NCBI RefSeq assembly: GCF_009914755.1 | Contig: NC_060926.1 | Source of the DNA: the human T2T-CHM13v2.0 reference genome, Homo sapiens | DNA length: 64,000 bases | Strand: one strand, 5' to 3' | In this document: positions 18,265 to 33,262 of the stretch, piece by piece | Position numbering within the stretch: the first letter of the stretch is position 1 | Layout of the letters: every line of letters starts with the position of its first letter | Notes under the pieces: generated by a model | What the model was told of the DNA's origin: nothing | The model's input: only the letters and a program-made list of their open reading frames with translations | The model's database searches: none | Translations under genes and position numbers: made by a program

Positions 18265-18576
18265 TTCTTTCTCTCTCTCTCTCTCTCTCTTTTTTTAAGA
18301 CAAGGTCTTGCTCTGTTGCCCAGGCTGGAGTGCAGTGGTACAATCATACTTACTGCAGACTCAACCTCCCAGGTGCAAGTGATGCTCCTGCCTCAGCCTC
18401 CTGAGTAGCTGGGACTACAGGCTCATGCCACCATGCCTGGCTAATTTTTAATTTTTTTTTGAAGAGGGGTCTTGCTATGTTGCCCAGGCTGGTCTCAAAC
18501 TCTAGGCCTCAAACAATCATACCCCTTGGGCTTCCCAGAGTGCTGGAATTACAGGCCTGAGCCACTGTGCCCAGCC
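18265..18576 (-). mobile_element. AluJ-like with (CT)n-derived tail
   Basis: Reverse Alu; TSD cataatgttttc / cataatattttc. Confidence 0.9.
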
Positions 18577-19217
18577 AGCATAATATTTTCAAGGTTCATC
18601 TATGTTGTCATATGTATCAGTATTCTTTTTTATGGCCAAATAATATTTCATTGTGTGGATACATCATGTTTTGTTTATTCATTCATTAATTGTTGGACAT
18701 TTGGGTTGTTTCTACCTTTTGGCCGTTATGAAAATCGCTGCTATAAACATTCAGGTACAAGTTTTTGTGTGGACATATGTTTTTATTTTCATTCATTGTA
18801 TACCTAGGAGTGGAACTGCTCCATGGTAGCTTTCGAGCCAGGCTGTTTTTCAAAGTAACAGAACAATCACATTCTCACCAGCAGCGTATGAGGGTTCTGA
18901 TTTCCCTACATCCTCACCAAAACTTGTATTTATCTGTCATTTTGATTGTAACCGTTCTAGTGAGTATGAAGTGGTATGTCATTGTGGTTTTGCCAACTAA
19001 TGATGTCAAGCATTTTTTCAAATGTTTATTGGTTGTTTGTATATCCTCTTTGGAGAATTGTCTTAAGATCCTTTGTCCATTTTTAAATTGGATTACTTAT
19101 CTTTTTATTATTTAATTGTAGGAGTACTTTATATATTCTAGATACAAGCCCTTGTCCAATCTTGTCCAATGTATGAATTGTTAGTATTTTCTCCCATTCC
19201 GTGAGTTGTCTTTGCAC

Positions 19218-19503
19218 TTTTTCTTGAGACAGGGTCTTACTGTCACCCAGGCTGGAGTTCAGTGGCACAATCACAGCTGACTGCAGCCTTGACCTCCTGG
19301 GCTCAAGTGATCCTCCCACCTTAGCCTCCCAAGCATCTGGGACTACAGGCACACACCACCAAGCCCAACTAATTTTTTTTTTTTTTTAGAGCTGGGATCT
19401 CACTATGCTGCCTGGGCTGGTCTTGAACTCCTGGGCTCAAACGATCCTCCTGCCATGGTCTCCAAAAGTGCTAGGATTACAGGTATGAATCATTGCCCTT
19501 GGC
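19218..19503 (-). mobile_element. AluJ-like
   Basis: Reverse Alu within the L1MB. Confidence 0.9.
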
Positions 19504-19688
19504 TCACTTTCTTGACAGTATCCTTTGACACACCAATGTATTTAATTTTGACAAACCTCAATTTATCTATTTTTGTTATTTTTCTTGCTCATGCCTTTAG
19601 TGTCGTATCTAAGAAAATGTTGCAGAATCCAAGGTCATGAAGATTTACTCCTATCTTCTCCTCTAAGATTAGGAGATTTTAGCTCTTA

Positions 19689-19992
<304 letters not shown>

Positions 19993-20186
19993 TTACATTT
20001 TATAATTTTGACATTAATGTTTAGGTGTTTGATCCATTTTTAGTTAAGTTTTGTATAGTATGAGGTAGGAGTCGAAAATAATTCTTTTGCCTGTGGCTAT
20101 ACAGTTGTCCCATTGTTGTTTGTTGAAAAGACTATTTTTCTCCATTAAATTGTTTTGGGATCCTTGCAGGCAGGTAATAACTGTAA

Positions 20187-20545
<359 letters not shown>

Positions 20546-20759
20546 GCACGTTGTCTTGATTACTGTTGCTTTGTAGTAAGTTTTGAAATTGGGAAGTCCC
20601 CCAACTTTGTTCTTCTTAAAAGATTGTTCCAGCTATTCTGGGTCCCTTGAGTTTCCATATAAATTTTAGGGTCAGTTTGTTAATTTCCACAAAGATGCCA
20701 GCTGGATGCTGAGAGTAATTGCATTAAATCTGTAGATCGGTTTGGAGATTATTGCCATT

Positions 20760-21192
20760 TTTCTTAGTCCTGTTTAGTGTTGCTGTCACTGAATGCTGGG
20801 TAACTTGAAAAGAGATTTATTTGGCTTATGATTCTGGTGGATGAAAAGTTCAAGATTTGGCAACTGCATCTGGTGAGGGCCTCATGCTGCTTCAACTCAT
20901 GGTAGGAAACAGAAGGGGCATAGGTATGTGCAAAGAGATCATGTGGCAAGAGACGAAGCAAAAGATAAATGGAGGAAGCCAGACTCTTTTTAACAACCTG
21001 CTTTCCTAGGAACCATTCCACTCCTGGGAGAGTGAGAATTCACTCATTCTTATGAGAGGGCATTAATCTATTCATAAGGGATCTTCCCCTGTGACCCAAA
21101 CACCTCCACTAGGTCCTGCCTGCCAACACTGCACACTGGAAATCAAATTTAAACTTGAGTTTTGTCAGGATTGCCACATCCAAACCATAGCA
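20760..21192 (-). mobile_element. MaLR solo LTR (MST-like)
   Basis: tcttagtcctgtttagtgttgct...gcatctggtgagggcctc...ccaaaccatagca; TSD ccatt/ccatc. Confidence 0.8.
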
Positions 21193-21504
21193 CCATCTTA
21201 ACAATATTAAATCTCCTGATCCGTGAATATGGGTTGTTTTTCCACTCACTTAAATCTTCTTTAATTAATTTCAACAGTTTTGTAGGTTTCAGAATTTAAG
21301 TTTTTCACTTCTTTCATTAAATTCATTCCTAAGTATGTTATTATTTTCAATGCTATTATGATGGGATTGTTTTCTTAATTTCATTTTCAGATTGCTTACT
21401 GCAAGTTAGAAGAAATACAATTGATTTTTGCATATCGATCTTACATCCTGCAAACTTGCTGAACTCATTTATTAGGTCCAATAGTTTTTTAGTGAAAATT
21501 TTAG

Positions 21505-22004
<500 letters not shown>

Positions 22005-22057
22005 CAGCTGTGGATTTTTCACTGATGCCCTTTGTGAGGTTAAGGAAGTTCCCTTCG

Positions 22058-22359
22058 GCTTGGTGCAGTGGCTCACACCTGTAATCCAAGCACTTTGGGA
22101 GGCCAAGATAAAAAGATTGCATGAGCCCAGGAGTTTGAGACCAACCTGGGCAACAAAGTGAGACCTTGTCTCTACAAATAATACAAAAGTTATCTGGGCA
22201 TGGTGGCATGTGCCTATGGTCCCAGTTACTCAGGAGGCTGAGGCAGGAGGATTGCTTGAGCCCAAGCAGTCAAGGCTGCAGTGAGTTATGATTGTGCCAC
22301 TGCACTCCAGCTTGGGTGACACAGTGAGACCCCATCTCAAAAAAAAAAAAAAAAAAAAA
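22058..22359 (+). mobile_element. AluJ-like
   Basis: Full dimer with A tail. Confidence 0.92.
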
Positions 22360-22912
22360 GGTTTTCTTCTATTCCCAGTTTATTAGGTTGTTTTTTTAAA
22401 ATCATGAAATGGTGTTGAATTTGATAAATATTATTTCTGTATTTATTGAGATGACAATTTTTTCCTCTTTATTCTATTTATATGGTATATTACATTGGCT
22501 AATTTTCATATGTTGAACCAACCTTGTATTCCTGGGATAAATTCCACTTGGTCATGGTATATAATCCTTTTTATATGCTGCTGAATACAGTTTTCTAGTT
22601 TTTACTGAAGATTTTTTTCTCTTTATTTATAAGGGATATTGGAAAGTATATTATAATTTTATATGTATAGGCCCAATGACATATTTTATACATATACTTT
22701 ACATATACACATACAATTAAATATGTATTTATGCATTTTACGTATGTTTATGGGCACAACTATATAATTGCTTTTAAATCTGTTAGGTGAAGAATTTAGA
22801 AGAAAAGAACGTGTTTAATGTTTTGTGGTTTTCTCTGAATTTCCTACTTAGAATTCAGAAAAATATTCAGATATATTTTCTTTTAGATTACTATGATTTC
22901 ATTATTTCCACC

Positions 22913-23071
22913 TTTTTTATTTTAAAGAGACAGGGTCTCACTCTGTCCCCCAGGCTGGAGAGCAGTAGCACAATCCTAGCTCATGGCAGCCTCAAATTCC
23001 TGGGCTCAATTGATTCTCCCCTCAGCCTCCCAAAGTGCTAGGATTACAGGTTTGAGCCACCATGCCTGGCC
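22913..23071 (-). mobile_element. Alu monomer (FRAM-like)
   Basis: Single ~155-bp arm; TSD attatttccacc. Confidence 0.85.
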
Positions 23072-24239
23072 AATTATTTCCACCATTAACTCTGATCCCC
23101 AGAATTCATTTTAATGTTTTGTCAAAAGTAATGAATTTTTTTTTCAAATTGCTAAGCAACTATCCCAGATAATTCCTCCTTTTCCCTCTTTCATCATGTA
23201 ATAAAGTACATGTAAAAAGGTGTGTGTCTCCATCATATTGTTGGTGGTACATATCTGATGTTTTCTTCCTTATTTCCTTTAAAGAACTGCTCCTTCATTT
23301 TCCACCAAATTCTGGTGTAGCTGCCAATCATTTTGCCACCACCAGGACTGGATGTAGGGATGCACATATGGTAGCTTGGTCCAAGTGATAGGTATAGGAC
23401 ACAAGCAAGGCTAAGAACACTTCTCTGTGATTAAATGTATACTTTTTCAGAAAACAAGGAGTTCTCTCTAAGATTGTTAACTTGAACAGTGTCATTCTTA
23501 TTTCCTGTAAAATAGTAGCTGTATTGGAGGTTTGATCAGACTGAGGTTCTATATTTTTTAGGTAGGCTTCTTCTGTTAGTTCATGATGGATGTAAATGGT
23601 GATATATTAGTTTTATCATTCCTTTGTCATATATTAGCTTGAATATTTCTTTAAAGAGAAACTTCCTTCCACCGATTGTGGTATAATTACAATGTGCAAA
23701 TCAAGAATCAATTTAGGCTTTAATTTTATGAGGCAAACACCTAGGGAGAGTCTATCCATTGCTAGAGGCCAATTTTAGCCTAAAGGATGCCTGTCAAACA
23801 TATAGAGACACTGCAGAATACCCAATTTCACAGTGATCATGAGAACTGACATTCCACTTCCAATTTATTCATTCTAGAGCAGAATCAAAGTCCCTGATTG
23901 GCCCTCAGTTGGCTTACATTCCTGAATAATTGGGAGTTTCCAGAAAAAAGTATTAGATTGAGGATAAGGTGATGGTTAGCAATCTCCAAAACTTCTGTAT
24001 TTATCTTTAGCTGACTACATCTAAAATGCCTAACTCCCAGATCAACTTCTACAACCAGTAATTAGGAACCAAGTAATTTGGACCAGCTCTTCTGAGGACA
24101 ACCTGAAAGGCTGGACAAATGCCCAAACCAAACCAAACTTTAAAATTTTTGCTTGAAGACATCAAAGATCAAATAAAATAAGACTTTTAGGGCAATATTT
24201 GAGAGAAGTGGAAAATCCAGAAAGGTAAGCTTGTCTCTC

Positions 24240-24524
24240 TTTTTTTTTTTTTTTTTGAGATGGAATCTCGCTGTGTCTCCCAGGATGGAGTGCAGTGGTG
24301 CGATCTCGGCTCACTGCAAGCTCACCTCCCAGCTTCACGCCATTCTCCTGCCTCAGCCTCCCAAGTAGCTGGGACTACAGGCACCCGCCACCATGCCCGG
24401 CTAATGTTTTGGATTTTTAGTAGAGACGTGTTAGCCAGGATGGTCTCGATCTCCTGACCTCGTGATCCGCCCACATCGGCCTCCCAAAGTGCTAGGATTA
24501 CAGGCTTGAGCCACCGCACCCGGC
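24240..24524 (-). mobile_element. Alu (AluY-like)
   Basis: ttcacgccattctcc and gttagccaggatggtctcgatctcc diagnostics; TSD agcttgtctctcttttt / agcttctctcttttt. Confidence 0.92.
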
Positions 24525-24830
24525 CAGCTTCTCTCTTTTTACAGTGACTTTTCCCCCAGGGACATTTGCTAATTAGAGAAGAGAAGCCAAGAGTCTGATC
24601 AGTGCTTTCAATAACCTCATGGAGTTAGGATAGTAAAAGTTGAAGTCTAAGACCTGCAAGTAGCAGAGTAGCTATGGTAAACCTATGAACCCCAAAAGGC
24701 TGAGCCATGGAAACACTGGTGAACAGGAAATAGATTAGTTCTCACAGGAACTAGTTTTACATAGTCCCAATCTGCAGAATGTGATTGTTTATTCATAGTT
24801 GCTAGCGTCTCACAGCTTGCCTGAAGGTAA

Positions 24831-25162
<332 letters not shown>

Positions 25163-25344
25163 ACAGTATGGTGGTATTATCCTAGACATCAAATTATTTT
25201 TATAAACATTTTCAGATACAATGTCCAGTATACAATAAAAGAACCAGGTACCCAAGGAGACATGACAATACAATTGAGAACCAGCAGAAACAATAAACAA
25301 CAGAAACAGACTCTCAAGGTTTATTAGAGTTATCAGAAATAGAC

Positions 25345-25613
25345 TTTTTTTATTTTTTATTTTTTGAGACAGAGTCTTGCTTGGTTCACTGCAACGTCCA
25401 CCTCCCAGGCTCAAGTGATTCTTGTGCCTCAGCTTCCCAAATAACTGGGATTACAGGTGTGCACCACCATGCCTGGCTAATTTTCATATTTTTAGTACAG
25501 ATGGGGTTTTGCCATGTTGGCCAGGCTGATCTCTAACTCCTGGCCTCAAGTGATCCGCCTGCCTTGGCCTCCCAAAGTGCTGGGATTACAGTCATGAGCC
25601 ACAATGCCCTGCC
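25345..25613 (-). mobile_element. Alu with a 3'-arm deletion
   Basis: Reverse Alu, junction gagtcttgc|ttggttcactgc. Confidence 0.88.
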
Positions 25614-26353
25614 AGAAGTGGATTTTAGAATAAGTATGTTTACCATGCTCAAGAAGGTAAAAAGACACGATTGGTAGCTTTGGGAGCTATAGAAAATAAA
25701 AGACTTGAAAATCTTACCAAATATAATCCTATAAATGAAAAGTGAATAATTAAAATTAAAACTTAGATTCGACATATTATGTAAAAGAAACTATTGAGAA
25801 TGAAGCACAAAAAGACAAAAGGATGGAAAATATAGGGCAAATGGTTAAGAATGATAAAGGATAACATAGGTATAGATGAAGTCCCAGAAGAAGAGGAGAG
25901 AGACTGAGGGTTAGTATCTGAATAGATAATAGCTGAGAATTGTCCCAAAACTGATGAAAAATAAGTTAAAAATTCAAGAATCTCTAAAAGCTCTAAACAG
26001 GATAAACCAAAAAAAACTACCCTTAGGCCCATCACAGTAAAATTTATAAACATATAAGTAGAAAATATTAAAAATCAAGTGGGATGAGGAGAAGCAGCCA
26101 GAGGGGAAAAATAGATTACCTTCAACGAGCAATAATTACATTAAGAGCCAACAGCTAACCTCCCAACAGAAACAGTAGAAGCCCGAAGACAATGGTAATG
26201 AAGGCAGTTAAAAAAATAATAATGACCAAGTAGAAATCTGTACGCAGTCAAAGTATTCTTCGAGAATGAAGGGGAAATAAAGACATTTCAGACAAATAAA
26301 AACTGGGAGAATTAGTAACTTGCACATCTACATTAAAGGGAATACCACAGAGG

Positions 26354-26655
26354 TTTTTTGTTGTTGTTTTAAGAGAGGGTCTCACTGTGTCTTCCAGGCT
26401 AGAGTGCAGTTGTGTGATCATAGCTCACTGCAGCTTCCAGCTCCTGGGTTCAAGTGATCCTCCTGCCTCAGCTTCCTTTGCAGCTGGGACTACAGGCACT
26501 CACCACCGAGCCTGACTGATTTTTAAGTTTTTTGTAGAGACAGAATCTTACTATGTTGCCCAGGCTGGTCTCAGACCCCTGGCCCCAAGTGATTCTCCTG
26601 CCTTGCCTCCCAAACTGCTGGAATTACCAAAGGCATGAGCCACTGTGCCTGTCCC
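26354..26655 (-). mobile_element. AluJ-like
   Basis: Full reverse dimer. Confidence 0.9.
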
Positions 26656-27609
26656 AGGATATTCTGTAGGTAGAAAAAGAATGATCCCAATTGGAGTGAA
26701 AGCAGTAAAATTAAAACATTTGGATAAATCTAAATGAGTATTTCCTGCACAAACAGTAATAATAATGACATTCAGTCTTTAAAATATGGAAAAATACAGA
26801 ACAATAGTATATTAGGAGAAAGAAAAATATTGTTAAAGTGTTCAAAGGTTCTAACACTTTCTGGAAAAAGGGTAAACATATTAATAAACATCAGATTTTG
26901 TTAAATCACAAATGCCTGTTATAATAATTATGGTAACCACTAAAAACATAATAAAATAGCAAATACTTTTTTAGTTAATCATGGGTCAAGAATAGGGAGA
27001 TTAGGTTTATCTAATAACTAGAAATATGATTAAGCAAGAGAAATTTTAATGAAAAATACATATTTCAGAAGACACGAACTCATTTTAGGTAATCAAAATC
27101 TTGAATAACTGGCACTTATTTAGCATTCTACTTTTCATTTATGGCTATTTCACCTTTTCATTATAATTTCTGAGAAGTCAACTGTTTCCCAAAAGATTTG
27201 TTTAAAAATATCTAACTTCATGCATTTTATTCGCAACCAAAAATAAAATGGAATTAAACATGTGCAAAGTAACTGAATGCCAAGTAACCAGTTATGCAGC
27301 CAGCTCATTTACACTGAATTAGTAATTTGTTCAAACAATCTGCAATTTATGTTAAAGAAAGATTATCTTATGTTATACATTTACATAATGACATAAATGT
27401 CTCATTCTTCTTTGTAAATGTTATTATTATCTTAAGTTTTCATTTTTCCCACTATTAGCCTGTTAGAGTAATCCATCTAACGTCATTTTCATTATACATT
27501 TGCTGGCATTGTAGTTGGGAGAATATTCAACTTAAAAATTAAATAAGTACTAAAAACACATAGGATTCCCTTGGCTTCAACAATATGTGTGATATTCTGC
27601 ATAAAATTA

Positions 27610-27941
27610 CAGTCATCCTTCGGTATTCATGGGGAATGGGTTCCAGGACCTCCCACAGATACCAAAATCTGCTGATGCTCAAGTCCCTTATGTAAAATGG
27701 TGTAGTATTTGGAATAACCTATGCACGTCCTCTCATATACTTTAAATCATCTCTAGGTTACTTATAATACCTAATTCAATGTAAACACCATGTAAATGGT
27801 TGCTATACTATGTTGTATAGGAAATAATGACAAGAAATAAAGTCTGTACATGGTCAGCACAGATGCAATTAAAATAAAAATTTCCATCCACAGTTGGTTG
27901 AATTCACACATTCAGAACCTAGAGACATGGAGGGCAGACTG
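27610..27941. mobile_element. MER2 (TcMar-Tigger) MITE
   Basis: TA|cagtcatccttcggtattcatgg...catggagggcagactg|TA; terminal inverted repeats and TA TSD. Confidence 0.88.
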
Positions 27942-28070
27942 TATATATTAAAGATTAGACATCCACTGTGATATATTTAGTTTTAAAATATAAATAGGCT
28001 GTTATGCTTTCTAAAGTTTTATATCTTTTTAGTGTAATTTTGTTTTTATAAAATCTTCTTAATAAAAAAA

Positions 28071-28282
<212 letters not shown>

Positions 28283-28431
28283 AATTGTAATCTTAATAGT
28301 AAAATATTTGTGAAGTATGTTGCATTCTTTTTTCCCTATATTGCAGAGAGTAAACATTGACTTGTGTATTAATCAGTGTTTTCCAAAGAAACAGAACCAA
28401 CAGGATATATATAGATTGAAAGGTAGATATA

Positions 28432-28777
28432 CAGGTTGAATATCCCTTACTTGAAATGCTTGGGAACACAAGTGTCTCAGATTTTTTCTGATTTTGGAAC
28501 ATTTACATATACATAATGTGATATCTTGGGGATGAAACCCAAGTCTAAACATAAAATTCATTTATGTTTCATAAAGACCTTATACACATCACCTAAAGGT
28601 AATTTTCTACAATATTTTAAATAATTTTGTGTAATATTTTGACTGTGTTTTGACTGTGACTTGTCACATGAGGTCAGGTGTGAATTTTCCACTTGTGGTG
28701 TCATGTGAACACTCAAAAAATGTCAGATTTTGGAACATTTTGGATTTCAGATTTTCAGATTAGGGATGCTTAACCTG
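28432..28777. mobile_element. Tigger4b/MER46-like MITE
   Basis: TA|caggttgaatatccctt...tagggatgcttaacctg|TA terminal inverted repeats. Confidence 0.85.
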
Positions 28778-29107
28778 TATTAGAGGAGATTTATTTGGGG
28801 AATTGGCTCATGCAATTATGGAGGCGGAGAAGCCCCACAGTCTGCCATGTGCAAGCTGGAGAACCAGGAAAGCCAGTGGTGTAATTCCGTCTGAGTTTAA
28901 ATGAGAACCAGGAGCTCCGAGAGAAGATGGATGTCCCAGCTCAAGAAGAGAGAGCAAATGTGTCCTTCCTCCACCGTTGTGTTCCACTTGGCCCTAGGTG
29001 GTTTGGATAATACCTCACCACACCGGGCAAGGCAGATCTTCCTTATTCAGTCTATAGATTCAAATTCTGGAAACACCCTCACAGACACATCTAGAAATAA
29101 ATAATAA

Positions 29108-29425
<318 letters not shown>

Positions 29426-30771
29426 GCAGGATAATGTTTTATCAGCTATCTGGATATCACTTAACCCAGTCAGGTGGACACATAACTTAACAGCTTGGTT
29501 ATTTTCATTTGTTCTGAATCCGTGTCTAGCCAGTTAATTTTATGCATATAGTTGGAGGCCTCAATCATTAGCTAGGATGATCTGAGGGAAATGGGACATT
29601 TTACTGATAGTCTAGACTGCATATATTCACCAGATAATTGTCAACTCTCTGAAATAGGTAGACCTAAATTTCAGTTTGATCTTGATTTCAGTTTGACTTG
29701 CTTTTGTCAACTCAATTTACTTCTCTAGGCTTTTTAGTTTTCCTCTTTGCAAATTGTCCTTGCCTATAATGAGTAATTTGGTCTCTTGTTGAAAAGGATT
29801 TTGGTGACTCCAAAGTATTATTATTCTTCTTCATTGGAATACTCATATCTAAAAGTTTTGGCTGAAAAAGAGCCCAAGTGTTTCCCTGAGCATATTAAGA
29901 GCCTCCCCACAAATTCAGGCCTCAACATAAAGCATATGCAGAGCCCAGCAGCCTCTCAAAATAGTCGAGTGAGCCTGTGAAGTTTGTCGTCTTATTGTTC
30001 ATTGTTTCCTGAGCGTGTCTGTAAGAGGCTGCTTTTCCAGCATTCCCTGCTAACATTTCTTTCTGCTGTCATGGCATCTTTCCACCCAGCATTTTGTTTA
30101 TTGTGAGTCAGAAAAGCATCTACAATAGAGAACTTAGTTTATCCCACTAGAAACTTCAGGCCAAGAGCTGAAGTGCCAAGGAAATTCTGGAATGAGCAAA
30201 GCCTAGACATGAGTAGCTGCTAAACAACATCAATGTATATTTTATTATGTCCAAAGACTTAGGTGACTTCTACCTGCGCAATCAAGGAGTCAGGCTCTGC
30301 ACAAGAGTGAAACTTGCAGAACCAAGAAGTAAACTAAATGCTAAAAATAGATTAATTCAAATAATACCACTAGATTAGGAATATATGTAAATCACTAAAA
30401 TTTGAGTTTTATAGTCACTGTCAAAAGAATTTTTAATAGTAAAAACTGTTGAATTTTTCTCGATGAAAAAGAGAGGGCCAGGTCAATAAAGGTCACTGCA
30501 ACAGCACTGTAAATAAAAGAAATAAAGAAAAAAGCACCATAGGCATTAGGTCTAGGAAAAGGTCAAATCTGTCCTATGAGCGTGTAGGGGATTAAAAAAA
30601 AAACCAAAAAGAATTCCAAAAGTGAGACTTTCGAAAGTGCCAGGATAAGAAATATTGTACATACGTTTGAAGGATTAGGTCACAAAAGTGCTCTAATAGT
30701 GAGAATGGAGAAGAAAAAAGGGTTTGAGGAAATAGAAAACAGAATCAATGGACAGTATATAAAAAGAGAAA

Positions 30772-31055
30772 GGCTGGGTACGGTAGTTCATGCCTGTAAT
30801 TCCAGCACTTTGGGAGGCCAAGGTGGGAGCATCACTTGAACCCAGGAGTTTGAGACCAGCCTGGGAAACATGGTGAGACTTTGTCTGTAAATTTTTTTTT
30901 TTTAAATTAGCCAGGCATGGCGGCACGTGTCTGTAGTCCCAGCTACTTGGAAAGCTGAGGTGGGAGGATTACTTGAGCCGCAGGCTGCAGTGACCGTGAT
31001 CACACTACTGCATTGCAGCCTAGGCGACAGGGTGAGATCCTGTCTCAAATTAAAT
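30772..31055 (+). mobile_element. AluJ-like
   Basis: ggctgggtacggtagttcatgcctgtaattcc...gatcctgtctc plus tail. Confidence 0.9.
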
Positions 31056-31614
31056 AAATAAGTAAATAATAAAAAGAGAAAGATATGAAGAGAGAAAGGA
31101 CAAAAAAAGAGATTTAAACACACATAAGTATACTGACGAGAAGTGTACATTCTTAGTGATTTTGCAGTGCTTTGGCTGCTGTGATTTACAAGATGCCTTG
31201 AACAATGATCATATCCTGGAATTTCACCTTCTATAATGTCTGTTTATGGAAGAAGGAGTTTGCTAAGTAAGCATGCAGGGTCCGCTTGGAGCATACTAAC
31301 AAAGATATCATGATTTCTCAAAGTTAAAGTCCTTGAAAGATTAAGCCATAGCCGGGAGACACTTGTGTCTGCCAGAAACAAAGATGATGGGCTCCCTTGC
31401 TGGGATTACTATCCTAATTATCAGAGAACCATTGTTTCTTTCTGCTCCTGGGCATCAAATATGCTGACCCCCCTCAACTTCAAATAACCTCCCACCAATA
31501 CTGAGAGCATTCTCTGGCTCCTACTTGCCTTCTCCAAAACCAAAGGCACTTGGCTGTCATCCAGTTCTTAGTATTACAGTCCTTGGCACATTTCCATCAG
31601 CACTGAACTTTAAA

Positions 31615-31643
31615 ACACACACGCGCGCACACACACATACACA
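31615..31643. repeat. (CA)n/(CG)n alternating purine-pyrimidine tract
   Basis: acacacacgcgcgcacacacacatacaca. Confidence 0.85.
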
Positions 31644-32818
31644 GGCAATTCAAAAGTTCAGTTCACAATTTTTTTGCATTAAAAAAAGAGAAGTCCTCAG
31701 TATTTTTTTAATGATCTCTTACCACTGAGATATCTTATAGGAAAAGCCTTCTTATGATGGATTTTTTAAAAATGGAAATTTTAAAGTAGTATCTTTGTGA
31801 GAGATCAAAAAACAACTCACTTTCAGGCAAACTGTGTTACTACAGAATTGGAGACTATAAGCACTACTGTCAGCCAAATTTCTTCTGAAATAGACCTTTA
31901 TCTTAAAATTCTAAAAAATTTAAATTTATACAAGCGGTACATGTACTTATTTGCCTTGGCTTTAAATGGGACCTACCTTCATCTTTCTTCTTTCAAGCTA
32001 AATAACCTCCTTAATGAAAAAGAGATATGATTCTAGATATTTGTCTCTTGGGAATAGAATTGCATCCACAGTTGGGATATTTGCATTTTATACTTTTGAT
32101 ACTTTATTTACCACCCACTTTGTTTTCCCTCCTCTTAATACAGCTGTGTTCCCTCCACACCCAAATATGGCCTGAGTCCTGATTCACAAGAATAAACTAA
32201 CTTCATTACGGCTGTTGTCTGGCCAACTCTTTCCTCCTCCACCAGGCTCTTTCCTTTCCAGGGACCCTGGGTCATGGCTGAAGCAGTGAGGAATAGTAAA
32301 AAGAGTGCTGGAAATCCGGAGCCTCAGATTTTAGTCTACTGATGAGACTGACTGGCTGTGTTTTCCAGTTAAGCTTGGTCACATCTGTGGGCCTCAGCTT
32401 TCTCAGCCATAGAATCATGAGGTTAGACTACTTATTATCTAACATGTCTTCCCTTTCTAAATTCAGTGATTTTAATACTGCTTTCTAGTTCCACTGTTTC
32501 TAGAAGAGGGGAGAAATAGTCCAAAAATCTGAAAGATGCCTTTCTGAACAGAGACTATGTAGCAAGAGACCTCTGTAATTAATTCATTATTCAACAAATG
32601 TTTGTTGAACACCGACTGTCCTCCTGGCACTATGCTAACTAGGCATTGAATGTTAATTGCACTTACTGTTGTTCATTCTCAAACTGTTATTTTTATTGAG
32701 GTAAAGTTCATATAACATAAAATTACCATTTTGAAGTAAACAATTCAGTGCGTTTTGTACATTCACAATGTTGTACATACCCACCTCTATCTGTTTTCAG
32801 TTTTTAATATTTTAAATC

Positions 32819-33090
32819 TTTTTTTTTTTTTTTTTTTTTTTAGATGGAGTCTTACTCTGTCGGCTCACTGCAACCTCCACCTCCGGAGTTAAATTGATTC
32901 TCCTGCCTCAGCCTCCCGAGTAGTTGGGATTACAGGTGACTGACACCATGCCTGGCTAATCTTTGTATTTTTAGTAGAGACAGAGTTTCGCCATATTGGC
33001 CAGGCTGGTCTTGAATTGCTGACCTTGGGATCTCCCCGCCTCGGCCTCCCAAAGTGCCAGGATTACAGGCCTGAGCCACTGCACCCAGCC
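32819..33090 (-). mobile_element. Alu (AluS-like) inserted in the tail of an older Alu arm
   Basis: Reverse Alu; TSD-like aatatttta on both sides. Confidence 0.88.
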
Positions 33091-33094
33091 AATA

Positions 33095-33262
33095 TTTTAT
33101 TTTTTCTTGCTATGGAGTCTCACTCTATCACCCAGGTGGGAGTGCAGTGGCGTGATCTTGGCTCACTGCAACCTTTGCCTCCTGGGCTCAAATGATCCTC
33201 TATCCTCAGCCTCCTGAGTAGCTGGGACTACAGGCGTATGCCGTCATGTTTGGCTAACTGGC
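33095..33262 (-). mobile_element. Alu right arm
   Basis: Single arm; outer TSD ccacctctatctg near 32781 and 33268. Confidence 0.85.

Larger units (their letters stand above)
25170..26960 (+). mobile_element. Old L1M 5'/ORF1 remnant interrupted by Alus
   Basis: gaagtcccagaagaagaggagagag...agctgagaattgtcccaaaactgatg...cttcgagaatgaaggggaaataaagacattt, ORF1-like. Confidence 0.65.

Noticed and set aside
32590-32610. Palindrome ttcaacaaa-tg-tttgttgaa
   Set aside because: Matches the naturally quasi-palindromic L2 3' end
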